This document shows positions 1 to 11,278 of a DNA stretch of 64,000 nt, in pieces (position 1 is the first letter of the stretch; the number at the start of each line of letters is the position of its first letter). A program made the translations under genes and the position numbers. This stretch comes from Dehalococcoidia bacterium (lineage in GTDB: Bacteria > Chloroflexota > Dehalococcoidia > SHYD01), in contig OZ253478.1 of NCBI GenBank assembly GCA_965261835.1, forward strand, positions 1,624,832 to 1,688,831. Direction: 5' to 3'. The notes below the pieces were generated by a model. It saw only the letters and a list, made by a program, of their open reading frames with translations, had not been told where the DNA came from and did no database searches.

Positions 1-844
1 CGGTGCGCAGAGCGTTGCCCACCTCGGGCTGCATCCCGGGCACAAAATACTCTTGGGGCACGCCCAGGCGCAGGCCCTTGAGGTCGGGCGTGAGGGCGTC
101 TCGCAGGTTGGGCGTCGCTTCTGGAATCGACGTGCCGTCGCGGCGGTCGTAGCCAGCAATGGCCTGGAGCACCAGCGCGGCGTCCTGGGCGTCCCGAGTC
201 ATGGGACCAACCTGATCCAGGGATGAGGCGAAGGCGATGAGACCGAAGCGGCTGACGCGCCCGTAGGTGGGCTTGAGACCGGTGATGCCGCAGAAGCTGG
301 CGGGCTGGCGGATGCTGCCGCCGGTGTCCGAGCCAAGGGCGAAGAGGCCCTGCCCGGCGGCCACCGCGGCTGCCGAGCCGCCGCTGCTGCCGCCGGGAAC
401 CCGCGCCAGGTCCCAGGGGTTACGTGTGGGAAAGAAGGCGGAGTTCTCGGTGGAGGAGCCCATGGCAAACTCATCCATGTTGGCTTTACCCACCATGACC
501 ATGCCCGCGTCCTGAAGCCGCTCCACCACGGTGGCGCTGTAGGGCGGTACGAAGTTCTCCAGCATCTTGGAGGAGCAGGTGGTGCGCACGCCCCTAGTGC
601 AGAGCACGTCCTTGATGACGCCGGGCACGCCCAGTAGCGGGCCGGACGCACCGGCAGCCCGGGCGGCGTCGGAAGCGCGAGCCTCCTCCAGGGCAGTCTC
701 CGGGGTGAGGGTGACGAACGCGTGGAGCTGCTCCTCGGTGGCGGCAATGCGATCCAGTATGGCCTGAGTGAGCTCCACTGAGGAGACTTCCTTGCGCTCT
801 AGGAGCGCGGCGGCTTGGTGGACGGTGAGATCGTGAAGCGTCAT
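1..844 (-). CDS. gatA: Glu-tRNA(Gln) amidotransferase subunit A (GatA), 3-prime partial (runs off window start)
   Basis: Minus-strand translation from the ATG at 844 reads [21 protein letters not shown]... followed by the amidase signature [12 protein letters not shown]...[12 protein letters not shown]. No stop before position 1. This frame is missing from the ORF track because it has no in-window stop. Confidence 0.85.
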   Translation of the reverse strand, partial: MTLHDLTVHQAAALLERKEVSSVELTQAILDRIAATEEQLHAFVTLTPETALEEARASDAARAAGASGPLLGVPGVIKDVLCTRGVRTTCSSKMLENFVPPYSATVVERLQDAGMVMVGKANMDEFAMGSSTENSAFFPTRNPWDLARVPGGSSGGSAAAVAAGQGLFALGSDTGGSIRQPASFCGITGLKPTYGRVSRFGLIAFASSLDQVGPMTRDAQDAALVLQAIAGYDRRDGTSIPEATPNLRDALTPDLKGLRLGVPQEYFVPGMQPEVGNALRT

Positions 845-965
845 AGAGTGGGAAGCGCCGTCAGGCAGCTGGGCACAAGCGTGCGGCGCTGATCAAAGGA
901 ATCGACAGCCTGCTGATAGGGGATACGAACAGTGGGGGGACGCATTAAGGTGCCCATCGGTCAGG

Positions 966-1253
966 CTAAAACTCCAGGACGGCGCGGACGCGGATGGAGC
1001 GCTCTTCCTGCCGGGGGGCATTGGCGAGGATATCCTCGGTGGAGTAAGACGGCTCCGCCACGTCGTCACGGAAGACATTGTGCAGGGGTACTGCGTGGCC
1101 GGTGGGCGGGATGCCCTCGGTGTCGATCTGGCTGAGGGCGCTGAAGTGCTCCAGGATGTTGGAGAGCTGCTCCCTGAGCTGCTCGACCTCCGCATCGGTA
1201 ACCCCCACTCTGGCAAGCTGAGCAATGTGGCGGACTTCGTCAGAGGTGAGCAT
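966..1253 (-). CDS. gatC: Asp/Glu-tRNA amidotransferase subunit C (GatC)
   Basis: 95 aa, MLTSDEVRHIAQLARVGVTDAEVEQLREQLSNILEHF... is the typical GatC sequence. Lies directly upstream of gatA on the same strand. Confidence 0.85.
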   Translation of the reverse strand: MLTSDEVRHIAQLARVGVTDAEVEQLREQLSNILEHFSALSQIDTEGIPPTGHAVPLHNVFRDDVAEPSYSTEDILANAPRQEERSIRVRAVLEF

Positions 1254-1554
1254 GCGCGACCTTTCAGTAGGTTACGTTGGAGTAAAGGCTGCCTCAGTAT
1301 AGCATTGAGGCCCGCGGGCGCTCAAGCGGAGGAAAGGGAAGGAGGGGTTATTGAGGTGAGTGCTGACGATGCGGCCGTGTATCAGTAGCTGGGTCCTCGC
1401 TATTCGCTATAATGGAGACAGGTGAGCGTCGCCCGCTGGCGGCTAGTGGGCGGGTACTTTACTACGATGACGTGGAGGCCAATGATGGCGCATACAGGCG
1501 ATAAGAGTGGCGAGACGGCCCAGGCGCTCGCAGCAGTGAAGGCGCGGTAAAGGC

Positions 1555-2016
1555 ATGGCTGATGCGTCTACCATCGAGCGTGCTCTGGCGGATCTGGACG
1601 CCGTGGTTACAGAAGTGGTGGCCTACTGCCGATCGCATGGCGACCAGGGCCGCAGCACGGCAGAAGGCTGGGTAGCCGGCGACCTGCTGAGCCACCTCCA
1701 CTACTATCACAATGTGATCGCTTGGGGCATCCAGTCGGTAGCGCTTGGGATGTCTCCCTGGCGTAACCCGTGGCTGGCAGACCAGACCAACGCGGTCTGC
1801 ATGCCGCTGCACGATGGGGAGAGCATGGAGGAGCTGGCGGTCCAGATGGAACTGGCGCACCGGCGGTTGCTAAAGGCCGCTCGTGCTGCGGTGAATCCGG
1901 ATGCCATTATCCACCTGCGGGCGGACGGGGAGACGGTGACGCTGCTCCGGCGGCTGACCGAGGCGGCCAATCACTGGCGGGGACACCTGGCGGACGTACG
2001 GGGTGGACGGTGTTGA
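1555..2016 (+). CDS. hypothetical protein (His-rich helical bundle, possibly DinB/MDMPI-like)
   Basis: 153-aa ORF with good high-GC codon usage. The LLSHLHYYHNV motif is reminiscent of the DinB/MDMPI_N four-helix bundle, but the assignment is weak. Confidence 0.45.
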   Translation: MADASTIERALADLDAVVTEVVAYCRSHGDQGRSTAEGWVAGDLLSHLHYYHNVIAWGIQSVALGMSPWRNPWLADQTNAVCMPLHDGESMEELAVQMELAHRRLLKAARAAVNPDAIIHLRADGETVTLLRRLTEAANHWRGHLADVRGGRC

Positions 2017-2126
2017 GCCGCCAGATTAGTACCGGCGGAATAGTTCTGTAACGGCCATGAATGGCGCCCCCACAATACTCTGCGTTCTGCTTTGAGGGAA
2101 ACTAGCGGTCTCAAGCGGTGGATAAT

Positions 2127-2153
2127 TTAGCACTCTTTTGCAACGAGTGCTAA
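2127..2153. promoter_or_regulatory. CIRCE operator (HrcA binding site), copy 1
   Basis: TTAGCACTC-N9-GAGTGCTAA, a perfect match to the CIRCE consensus. Confidence 0.85.
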
Positions 2154-2160
2154 GTTTCTA

Positions 2161-2190
2161 TTGACATTAGGCATGAGTGCTGTTTACTAT
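2161..2190 (+). promoter_or_regulatory. putative sigma-70 promoter (TTGACA-N18-TACTAT)
   Basis: Consensus -35 hexamer at 2161-2166 and near-consensus -10 at 2185-2190, immediately downstream of CIRCE-1. Confidence 0.45.
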
Positions 2191-2195
2191 TCATA

Positions 2196-2429
2196 TTGAA
2201 CACCAGTTGCGTTGAGGATCACGTAGGCATGCCAGACGCCAAGGCGGGCATCTATCTTAATACTCAAGGAAACATTGCTCGCCGTGTGGGAGTGGGCGTT
2301 AATGCGCCCACTGGAGCAGAGTGGGCGAAGGTCACCGATGACCCGAACCTGGGTATCCTTGCTATCCGCGAAGAGGCGAGACAGAAGAACCTGAGCCCGG
2401 CGCCAGACGCCATCAAGTGGGAGTTCTAG
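2196..2429 (+). CDS. small hypothetical protein between the two CIRCE elements (start may instead be the ATG at 2229, giving 66 aa)
   Basis: 77-aa ORF MNTSCVEDHVGMPDAKAGIYLNTQ..., bracketed by CIRCE-1 and its promoter upstream and CIRCE-2 downstream. Codon usage is slightly AT-richer than neighbouring genes. Confidence 0.35.
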   Translation: MNTSCVEDHVGMPDAKAGIYLNTQGNIARRVGVGVNAPTGAEWAKVTDDPNLGILAIREEARQKNLSPAPDAIKWEF

Positions 2430-2452
2430 GTTCTTTTTTTATGTGAGGCGAC

Positions 2453-2479
2453 TTAGCAGTCGCCCGATAAGAGTGCTAA
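2453..2479. promoter_or_regulatory. CIRCE operator, copy 2 (one mismatch)
   Basis: TTAGCAgTC-N9-GAGTGCTAA, located 117 bp upstream of the groES start. Confidence 0.8.
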
Positions 2480-2595
2480 TCATTTGCCAGTACAGGAGGA
2501 GGCTGGAACATCGAGAGAAACGCCGGCACTAAGTGCTTCAACTGTCAGAGTTAACTTAGTCAATAAATTGGGTTCAACCACAGAGGAGGTTTTAC

Positions 2596-2904
2596 ATGGC
2601 AATAGCTACGGAAGCGTCTATTGTGCCAATGGGCGACAAGCTGGTGGTGCGCCCGCTGGAGCGGGAAGAGGTCACCAAGAGCGGGCTAGTGCTCCCGGAC
2701 ACGGCGAAGGAGAAGCCTCAGGAAGGTGAAGTAGTGGCGGTAGGCCCCGGCCGTATGACGGACGAAGGCAAGCGGATTGCGATGGAGCTGAAGAAAGGCG
2801 ACCACGTGATCTATGCCAAATACGCCGGCACAGAAGTGAAGCTGGAGGAAGAAGAGCTCCTGATTCTGCGGGAAATCGACATCCTGGCCAAGGTTGGCGA
2901 GTAA
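2596..2904 (+). CDS. groES: co-chaperonin GroES
   Basis: [41 protein letters not shown]... is the typical Cpn10 sequence. AGGAGG lies 7 nt upstream of the ATG at 2596. Confidence 0.95.
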   Translation: MAIATEASIVPMGDKLVVRPLEREEVTKSGLVLPDTAKEKPQEGEVVAVGPGRMTDEGKRIAMELKKGDHVIYAKYAGTEVKLEEEELLILREIDILAKVGE

Positions 2905-2917
2905 CGAGCGCACATAA

Positions 2918-4585
<1,668 letters not shown>

Positions 4586-4604
4586 AGAACTAGTTCATAA
4601 GAGC

Positions 4605-4640
4605 AGACGGGCGGCGCTAAGCGCCGCCCGTCTTGTTATA
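4605..4640. terminator. intrinsic terminator hairpin after groEL (bidirectional, shared with the convergent PBP gene)
   Basis: 13-bp perfect stem AGACGGGCGGCGC/GCGCCGCCCGTCT with a 3-nt loop, followed by TGTTAT. Confidence 0.7.
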
Positions 4641-4674
4641 TGGTGCACCCTGAGTGTCGAGCGCCGCGGTTGGC

Positions 4675-7551
4675 TTACCCTACGCCCAGGCCGCCCTTCA
4701 CGTTGACCGTAATCACCGGTGTCTGGGCGGAGTTGCCCGCTTTATCAAACGCCACGGCGAAGATGGAGTAGACACCGGGCGTGTGCCGCCACTGGTGGTA
4801 GTAGGGCGCTGAAGTGCTGCTACCAACGTTGTTGCCGTTAATGTAGAAGTCGACGCGGGCGATTCCGCTGTCGTCGTCGGACACCTCCGCTTGAATCCAC
4901 TGCTGCGAGTTTATGAACAGCGGATTCAGGGTAAACGTGGTGTTGGCCACCGGGGAGGTCAGCCTTATGGTTGGCGCCGTGTTGTCGATGGTAATGGGCA
5001 CAAAGAAGTGTGATTCGCGCCCCTGGCGGAAAACGAGCATCCGGATGGTGTACTGGCCGTTGAGGTCGCGGACATCATGGGCTGCCAACTGACCGTTGTC
5101 GACAGCGGTCGTCCGGGGCAAGCTTATCAGCGTCCACTTGGTAGGATACGCGCCCTCACCAATCTCCAAGAAGAACCGCTCCAAGCCGTACTCAGACACT
5201 GAGCCCTGAACTACCAAGACGTCGCGAACATAGGACCCTGGGGTCGGCAGGGTGATGGGCGTGCCGGTAGGACCCGCGCCCGCACTGACCGCCGTGGGCG
5301 GACGCTCAATTTCGTTCTCATCCATCCACTCATCCGCCTCAGGCGGAAGCAAGAGGAACACCCGCTCCTCGATGTCTTCCGGCGGCGTGTTGTCACTGGC
5401 CAGCAGGCCATTGATCCTATCGATCTTGAAAAGCTGATAGAGATTGTCCTTTTCAGTGGGGACATGCCCCTTCACAAAGATCTCCTCCCTTTCCTCCTGG
5501 CAGTGTTCGGTGGGCAACAAACCGGACGGCACGCAGACCGTGGCCGTCACGATGTTCGGCGGGCGCTGGAACTCGCTAATGGGCGTGCCCTCGAGCGCAC
5601 GGTTCATGAAGTTGAGCCAGATGGGCCCCGTAGTGGTGCCGCTGAAGCCTCCGGTGAGCTCAGTGTTATCAGAGTTGCCCATCCACACACCCACCGCCAG
5701 CTCTGGCGTGTACCCCATGGTCCAGAAGTCCCGCAGATCCTCAGTGGTGCCGGTTTTCACTGCGGCGGGCCGCTCGCCCTCCAATGTGAGGGAATTGCCG
5801 AAGACGGGCGCCCTGGCTTCATTGTCCGACAGGATATCTGTGACGAGGTAGGTATACTCCGGCGGGACAATCTGCTTGGTCTGCGGCTCCTTAAACTCCT
5901 CCAGGATGTTGCCGTCCACGTCGGTGACTTTCAGGATGGCAACGGGATCGATGCTCCGGTGGCCCAGCCGGCGCTCGTCAGGCGGGACAGGCACGCCCGC
6001 CATCAGCCCCTGGTTGGCGAACACGCTGTAGGCGTAGGTATGGTCGAGCAGCTTGACCTCGCCGCCGCCCAGAGTGAGTGAGAGGCCGTACCAGCCGGCG
6101 CGGTTTAGACCGGTGATGCCCATCTTGTGAGCAGTGCGTAGAACCTCATGAATGCCAGTGAACTGGATGGTCCTGATGGCTGGGATGTTCATCGAGTTGG
6201 AGAAGGCTTGCCGAAGCGATACCGCCCCGTTCTCTGACTCGTCAAAGTTTTCGGGAGTGTAGAGCGGATTGATGCCGTCATCGATGGTGATGGGAACGTC
6301 GAGCAGCATAGTTGCAGGATTCCAGCCCTGCATGAACGCGGTGAGGTAGGTGAACGGTTTGAATGAAGAGCCTGGTTGGCGCTCCGCAGTGGCAAGGTTC
6401 ACCTGCCCGTCTATGGAAGAATCGAAATAGTCGGCGCTTCCCACCATCGCGAGGATCTCGCCCGTCTCCGGAACAATAGCGACTAGCGCGGCGTTGTGGG
6501 CGTTTATCTCTTCCGATTTCGTCACTTGGTCACTGACGATCTGCTCGCCCATTTCCTGTAGGTCGAGATCCAGGGTGGTAGTTACTTCAAGACCACTCTG
6601 ATAAATAGTGCGGGCGCCATACGTCTCTAGCAACAGTTCGCGGACGTACACGACGAAGTGGGGCGCTTTAATATCGAACTTGGCGGCTTTGTATTCCAGC
6701 CTCAGATTTTTTGCGGCATTGGCTTCGTGCTGGGTGATGAACTCCTGGCGCACCATGAGATCCAGCACGGCGTGCTGCCGCTGCTTGGCGGCTTCCAGAT
6801 TGAGCAGCGGGGAATGGCGTGACGGCGCCTGAGGGAGGCCGGCCAGCATTGCGGACTCCGCTAGGTTAAGGTCCCGGGCCGACTTGGAGAAGTAGCTCTG
6901 TGCCGCCGCTTCGATACCATAGCTGAGATTGCCGTAGTTGATCTCGTTGAGATAGAACTCCAGGATCTGGTCTTTGGTGAAACGCCGGGTGAGCTCAATA
7001 GAGAGCGCGGCTTCCTTGATTTTCCGGACCAGGCTTATCTCGGCCCGTTCCTCCTCCGGAATGAAAACGTTCTTCACCAACTGCTGGGTGATGGAGCTCC
7101 CGCCGGAAACCACCTCCTGGTTACTCACGTAGTCCCAGGCGGCCCGCATGATGCCGCGGATATTGATGCCCTGGTTCTCGTAGAAATCGGCGTCTTCCGT
7201 CGCTATAGTGGCCTGGAGCAGGTAGGGCGATATATCGTTCAGCGGCACCGTGGTGCGTCGGCCGAACTGGGGGTCGAAGAGCTCGTAAAGGATGCGGCCG
7301 CGCCGATCATAGATCTTCGCGGTGCGCGCCACCTCTCGAGTGGCAATAGTTTCCGGTGACGCAAGCTCCTGGGTGATGTAGGAGTAGCCGGCAAAGGCGA
7401 CGCCGCCACCCAAGAGCACTGTCAGAATGCTGATGGCTACGAAAATGCCCAAGAAGGCGGCGAATAGCCTTGTGAACCTTACCATGACGTTGGGGCCGCT
7501 CTGCCGCGTACGCCTGCGTCCTCGTCTCTGGGTCAACCGTCGATTAGCCAT
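4675..7551 (-). CDS. class A penicillin-binding protein (PBP1A-type glycosyltransferase + transpeptidase) with a C-terminal Ig-like extension
   Basis: N-terminal TM segment. GT51 motifs (ATIATEDADFYENQGI, GGSSITQQLVKN). Transpeptidase SxxK (GSSFKP) and KTGT motifs. About 200 extra C-terminal residues of beta-rich sequence. Confidence 0.9.
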   Translation of the reverse strand: MANRRLTQRRGRRRTRQSGPNVMVRFTRLFAAFLGIFVAISILTVLLGGGVAFAGYSYITQELASPETIATREVARTAKIYDRRGRILYELFDPQFGRRTTVPLNDISPYLLQATIATEDADFYENQGINIRGIMRAAWDYVSNQEVVSGGSSITQQLVKNVFIPEEERAEISLVRKIKEAALSIELTRRFTKDQILEFYLNEINYGNLSYGIEAAAQSYFSKSARDLNLAESAMLAGLPQAPSRHSPLLNLEAAKQRQHAVLDLMVRQEFITQHEANAAKNLRLEYKAAKFDIKAPHFVVYVRELLLETYGARTIYQSGLEVTTTLDLDLQEMGEQIVSDQVTKSEEINAHNAALVAIVPETGEILAMVGSADYFDSSIDGQVNLATAERQPGSSFKPFTYLTAFMQGWNPATMLLDVPITIDDGINPLYTPENFDESENGAVSLRQAFSNSMNIPAIRTIQFTGIHEVLRTAHKMGITGLNRAGWYGLSLTLGGGEVKLLDHTYAYSVFANQGLMAGVPVPPDERRLGHRSIDPVAILKVTDVDGNILEEFKEPQTKQIVPPEYTYLVTDILSDNEARAPVFGNSLTLEGERPAAVKTGTTEDLRDFWTMGYTPELAVGVWMGNSDNTELTGGFSGTTTGPIWLNFMNRALEGTPISEFQRPPNIVTATVCVPSGLLPTEHCQEEREEIFVKGHVPTEKDNLYQLFKIDRINGLLASDNTPPEDIEERVFLLLPPEADEWMDENEIERPPTAVSAGAGPTGTPITLPTPGSYVRDVLVVQGSVSEYGLERFFLEIGEGAYPTKWTLISLPRTTAVDNGQLAAHDVRDLNGQYTIRMLVFRQGRESHFFVPITIDNTAPTIRLTSPVANTTFTLNPLFINSQQWIQAEVSDDDSGIARVDFYINGNNVGSSTSAPYYHQWRHTPGVYSIFAVAFDKAGNSAQTPVITVNVKGGLGVG

Positions 7552-7560
7552 ACCCGCCGC

Positions 7561-8310
7561 TTACTCCGACACCTTTTGCAGTACGAGGAAATGAGACAGC
7601 CCAAAGACGCGCAGGGGCGTCCGTTCCGCCCAGTAACATGCGCGGCGCAGCAGTCCGCCCAGTTTAGGGCGTCGTGCGACTACGTTGTCGAAACCGGGGT
7701 ACACGTACGTGTGCGCAACCTCCTGCGCCCCCTGGTTACGCCACAACCGGGTCAGGTCGCCGGTGCGGTAGGCGCGCACGTGGGGCACGAAGATACGCCG
7801 GATGACATCCGGGAACCAGTTAATGAAGGGCAGCAGGCGGAAGACGAAGCGCTTGCCCAGGTAAAAGCCGTGGGTTTCGAAGAAGTAGAGGCGATTGGGG
7901 ACGTAGATCACCACATGCCCGCGGGGACGGAGCACCCGCAACGCCTCTCGGACGGTGAGGGCATCATCATCCACGTGCTCCAGCACTTCATGGAGGAACA
8001 CCACGTCGAAGGAGGCATCCCGGAACGGGAGGTTTTCACCACGGGCAACCGAGAGGTTGGGGATAGCCTGACTGCCCTGGAGTACCCGATCAAACTCAAG
8101 GTCCACGCCCCAGACCGTGGGGCTAAACTCACGGAACTTGCGGACGTACATGCCCACGCCACAGCCGATGTCCAGAATACGTTTACCGGTAAGTGGCACG
8201 TGCTGATTGACCAACGCTAGGCGCCGGTCTTGCCCGTAACGCCATACATAACTCGGATGGCCCCTGCGGGCGGCCATCTCAGGCTGCTGATGCGTCACTA
8301 CATTACTCAT
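7561..8310 (-). CDS. class I SAM-dependent methyltransferase
   Basis: ILDIGCGVG glycine-rich SAM motif with Methyltransf_11-like spacing. Ends 9 bp upstream of the PBP gene on the same strand. Confidence 0.75.
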   Translation of the reverse strand: MSNVVTHQQPEMAARRGHPSYVWRYGQDRRLALVNQHVPLTGKRILDIGCGVGMYVRKFREFSPTVWGVDLEFDRVLQGSQAIPNLSVARGENLPFRDASFDVVFLHEVLEHVDDDALTVREALRVLRPRGHVVIYVPNRLYFFETHGFYLGKRFVFRLLPFINWFPDVIRRIFVPHVRAYRTGDLTRLWRNQGAQEVAHTYVYPGFDNVVARRPKLGGLLRRACYWAERTPLRVFGLSHFLVLQKVSE

Positions 8311-8429
8311 TACTTTGATTATACTACTCTCGACTGGTAGGGCTTGTTACAAGCAAGTGATACAATAACCCCGCTGAAGCCGCTAGATTTGTAACACTAG
8401 CGAGGTCTCTGATAAGGAGAACCACCACT

Positions 8430-9158
8430 TTGGAAGTCCGCTTAGTCAGGCTCACCAAACACTTTGGGCAAGTGGTGGCGCTCGACAACCTCAGCCTTGA
8501 CGTGCATTCCGGGGAGTTCATGGTAATTGTGGGCACCTCCGGCAGCGGCAAGACCACGCTACTGCGGGTCATTGCCGGGCTGGAATCGCAGGACAGCGGC
8601 CACGTTTACCTGGGGGACACGTGGGCCAACTCCGTACCTGTGGGCAAACGTAACGTACAAATGATATTTCAGAACTACGCGCTGTGGCCGCACATGCAGG
8701 TGTACGACGCGAAAAAGTTCACGAACATCAGTTTCCCACTAAAAGTACGCGAATGGGCCACGGACCGCATCGCCACCTGGGTGCGGGGGATCGTAGACCG
8801 GGTAGGCCTTGAAGATCAGCTCTTCACGCGCAAACCGGACCAGCTTTCGGCCGGTCAGCGGCAGCGGGTCGCGCTCGCCCGGGCCATGACCACCTCACCT
8901 AAGGTGTTTCTGATGGATGAGCCTATCACCAATCTGGACCCGCCCAGCCGGGTGCGGGTACGTGAAGAGATCAAGCGGTTGCACAACGAATTGGGCGCCA
9001 CCACGCTGTACGTCACCCATAACATGGCCGATGCGTTTGAAATGGGCGACCGCATCGCCATGATGCATGACGGGAAGGTCCTTCAGGTTGGTACCAGGAA
9101 GGAGTTGCAGGACAGCCCGGTCAATGACTACGTGCGGGAATTTGTGCATAGCTATTAG
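8430..9158 (+). CDS. ABC transporter ATP-binding protein (orphan; no permease or binding protein adjacent)
   Basis: Walker A GTSGSGKTT, ABC signature LSAGQRQRVALARA, Walker B FLMDEP. TTG start with AAGGAG upstream. Confidence 0.85.
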   Translation: MEVRLVRLTKHFGQVVALDNLSLDVHSGEFMVIVGTSGSGKTTLLRVIAGLESQDSGHVYLGDTWANSVPVGKRNVQMIFQNYALWPHMQVYDAKKFTNISFPLKVREWATDRIATWVRGIVDRVGLEDQLFTRKPDQLSAGQRQRVALARAMTTSPKVFLMDEPITNLDPPSRVRVREEIKRLHNELGATTLYVTHNMADAFEMGDRIAMMHDGKVLQVGTRKELQDSPVNDYVREFVHSY

Positions 9159-9178
9159 TGGTAAGTAGTGAGTGACTG

Positions 9179-10006
9179 ATGAACATTGTTGAAGTCGGCT
9201 ATCGCAGTGAGGGCGCACACCAGTGGCTGGCGCGCCTGTACCAGCCGGAGGGGTCTGGCCCCTTTCCGGTACTGGTAGACGTGCACGGCGGCGCCTGGAA
9301 CGGCGGCGACCGGATGAGCGACGATTTCATGAACCTACGGCTGGCGGGCAGCGGCATCCTAGTGATGGCCATCGACTTTCGGCTGGCGCCGGCGCATCCC
9401 TATCCGGCCCAGGCTCAGGACGCGAATTACGCGTTTCGTTGGGCCAAAGCCCACGCCGCCGAATACCATGGCGACCCCGCCAGCGTGGGCGCGCTAGGCG
9501 CGTCCAGCGGTGGTCACACGGTACTGTTGAACGCACTACGCCCCCTCGATCCGCTGTACGCTGCGCTACAGCTAAACGAAACTACAAATGTTGACGCCTC
9601 GGTGGCGTATGCCGTCTCAATGTGGGGGGTGCTGGACTCGCACCAGCGCTACGTCTATGCCAAGGAACACCGACCGGACCTCCAGACGAACACCGAGGCC
9701 TATTTTGCCGATGAGGAAGAGATGCGCCGGGGCAGCCCTCAGGGTGTGTTGGACCGCGGCGAGTCCCAGGCGCTGCCACCGGTGTTGGTAATCTACGGCA
9801 CGGCGGACGCCAATGTGCCCACGGCCATCCCGGAGCGGTTTATCGAAAGCTATGGGCAAGCTGGCGGCGCGGTGGAATCGGAGCGGTTCCCCGGCATCCC
9901 CCACGGCTTCGCCAACCGGCCTGGTCCAGCTACTGACCAAGCGTTGGAACGAGTGGTTGACTTTGTGCTTCGCCATGGGGCCACGAGCGCACGTACTACC
10001 ATTTAA
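9179..10006 (+). CDS. alpha/beta hydrolase (esterase/lipase-like, hydrolase fold-3)
   Basis: HGGAW oxyanion motif, GxSxG nucleophile elbow (GASSGG), and the C-terminal His of IPHGF. Confidence 0.7.
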   Translation: MNIVEVGYRSEGAHQWLARLYQPEGSGPFPVLVDVHGGAWNGGDRMSDDFMNLRLAGSGILVMAIDFRLAPAHPYPAQAQDANYAFRWAKAHAAEYHGDPASVGALGASSGGHTVLLNALRPLDPLYAALQLNETTNVDASVAYAVSMWGVLDSHQRYVYAKEHRPDLQTNTEAYFADEEEMRRGSPQGVLDRGESQALPPVLVIYGTADANVPTAIPERFIESYGQAGGAVESERFPGIPHGFANRPGPATDQALERVVDFVLRHGATSARTTI

Positions 10007-10036
10007 CGAACACGAACTGGCAACTCAGGAGGGGTC

Positions 10037-11212
10037 ATGCAGCAGGGACTGCACGTCATGGACAGCGACCTCCACGTGATTGAGGTCGGCTTCGACTACA
10101 CCAACTACTTAGAGGAACCGTACCGGGCGCGGGCGCCCAAGTACATGGGCCTTGCCAAGACGAACTTCCCGTGGTGGATGGTGGGCAGCCAGCCCATTCC
10201 GCCCTGGGCCACAGAAGAGGCGGTGGTTGGGCCGCAGAACTTTCTTGATGAGAAGTCCGAGCACATCTACGGCGGGTTGCGGGACCGTGGCTTTGACTGC
10301 GAGGCGGCATTGTGGGCCATGGACCAAGAGGGCATTGACCTCGCAGTCCTGTACCGCACCTTCGCGCACATGGTGGTTTCGATAGATGACCTGGAGCCGG
10401 ACTACGCCGCGGCGCTCTGCCGAGCGACGAACAACTGGCTGGCGGACTATTGCCAGCTCAACCCCACCCGCATCAAGCCAGCAGCCATCCTCTCGCTCCA
10501 CGACCCAGAGCTGGCGGCGGCGGAAGCGGAGCGGGCGGTGAAAGAGAGGGGCCACGTGGCGGTGGTGCTGCTACCCATGCCGGTAAATGGCCGCTATCTC
10601 CACGCCCCGGAGTGCGACGTCCTATGGCAGACCATCGAGCGGCTGGGCGTGCCACTGGCCTTTCACGGCACCAGCGGAGGCGCGTCCCGGGACTACGTGT
10701 CCAACCGCTTCTGGGGGCATCCCAACTACCGCACCCTGAACCACTCGGTGTCCTTCCCGTTGGAGTTGATGATGGCTATGGGGGCCATGACTGTGGGCGG
10801 CGTGCTGGAACGCTTCCCGAAAATGCGGGTGGGCTTCCTGGAGGGCAACTGTAGCTGGCTGCCCTGGTGGCTGGACCGCCTGGACGGCCAGTGGAAGAAG
10901 TACGGCGGCGGCGAACGCACCAAGCTGAACGCCACACCCAAGGAGTACTTCCTCCGCCAGTGCTTCATCGGCAGCGACGTGGACGAGGAGCTGATCCGGG
11001 TGGTGGTAGACGAGCTAGGCGACGACAACATCGTCATCTCCACGGATTATCCTCACGCCGACAGCGAGTTCCCCTATGCGACGCAGGAGTTCATCGGGCT
11101 GCCGGGGCTAGGCGCCGAGTCAAAGCGCAAGATCCTGTGGGACAACTGCCTGCGGTTGTACGGTTTCGACCTAGAGACCATGAACACGCAGTTCCAGGCG
11201 GTAGAAAGCTAG
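10037..11212 (+). CDS. amidohydrolase-2 family metal-dependent hydrolase (ACMSD-like TIM barrel)
   Basis: DSDLHV near the N-terminus, HG..G mid-protein, and STDYPHAD near the C-terminus are typical of PF04909. Confidence 0.7.
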   Translation: MQQGLHVMDSDLHVIEVGFDYTNYLEEPYRARAPKYMGLAKTNFPWWMVGSQPIPPWATEEAVVGPQNFLDEKSEHIYGGLRDRGFDCEAALWAMDQEGIDLAVLYRTFAHMVVSIDDLEPDYAAALCRATNNWLADYCQLNPTRIKPAAILSLHDPELAAAEAERAVKERGHVAVVLLPMPVNGRYLHAPECDVLWQTIERLGVPLAFHGTSGGASRDYVSNRFWGHPNYRTLNHSVSFPLELMMAMGAMTVGGVLERFPKMRVGFLEGNCSWLPWWLDRLDGQWKKYGGGERTKLNATPKEYFLRQCFIGSDVDEELIRVVVDELGDDNIVISTDYPHADSEFPYATQEFIGLPGLGAESKRKILWDNCLRLYGFDLETMNTQFQAVES

Positions 11213-11248
11213 TGGGACGCTAGTAGAAAGCCAGGCCTCAGCCCTATT

Positions 11249-11278
11249 GCGCCCTTCCTCCTTTAGAGGGAAGGGCGC
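11249..11278. terminator. hairpin between the convergent amidohydrolase and alkA-like genes
   Basis: GCGCCCTTCC ... GGAAGGGCGC, a 10-bp stem. Overlaps the 3-prime end of the minus-strand gene. Confidence 0.45.

Noticed and set aside
199-747. 182-aa minus-strand ORF rich in Pro/Ser/Arg
   Set aside because: Out of frame with the clear gatA coding frame that occupies the same DNA; low-complexity composition typical of an off-frame in high-GC DNA.
5464-6081. 205-aa ORF antisense to the PBP gene (also 5444-5851, 7576-8220, 18166-18762, 19219-20142, 20997-21695, 24015-24704, 32024-32593, 33423-34013, 46723-47310, 58251-59150, 59461-60186, 61730-63145)
   Set aside because: All are long antisense or off-frame ORFs inside well-supported genes. 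This is expected at about 65% GC because stop codons are rare, and none has a recognisable domain.
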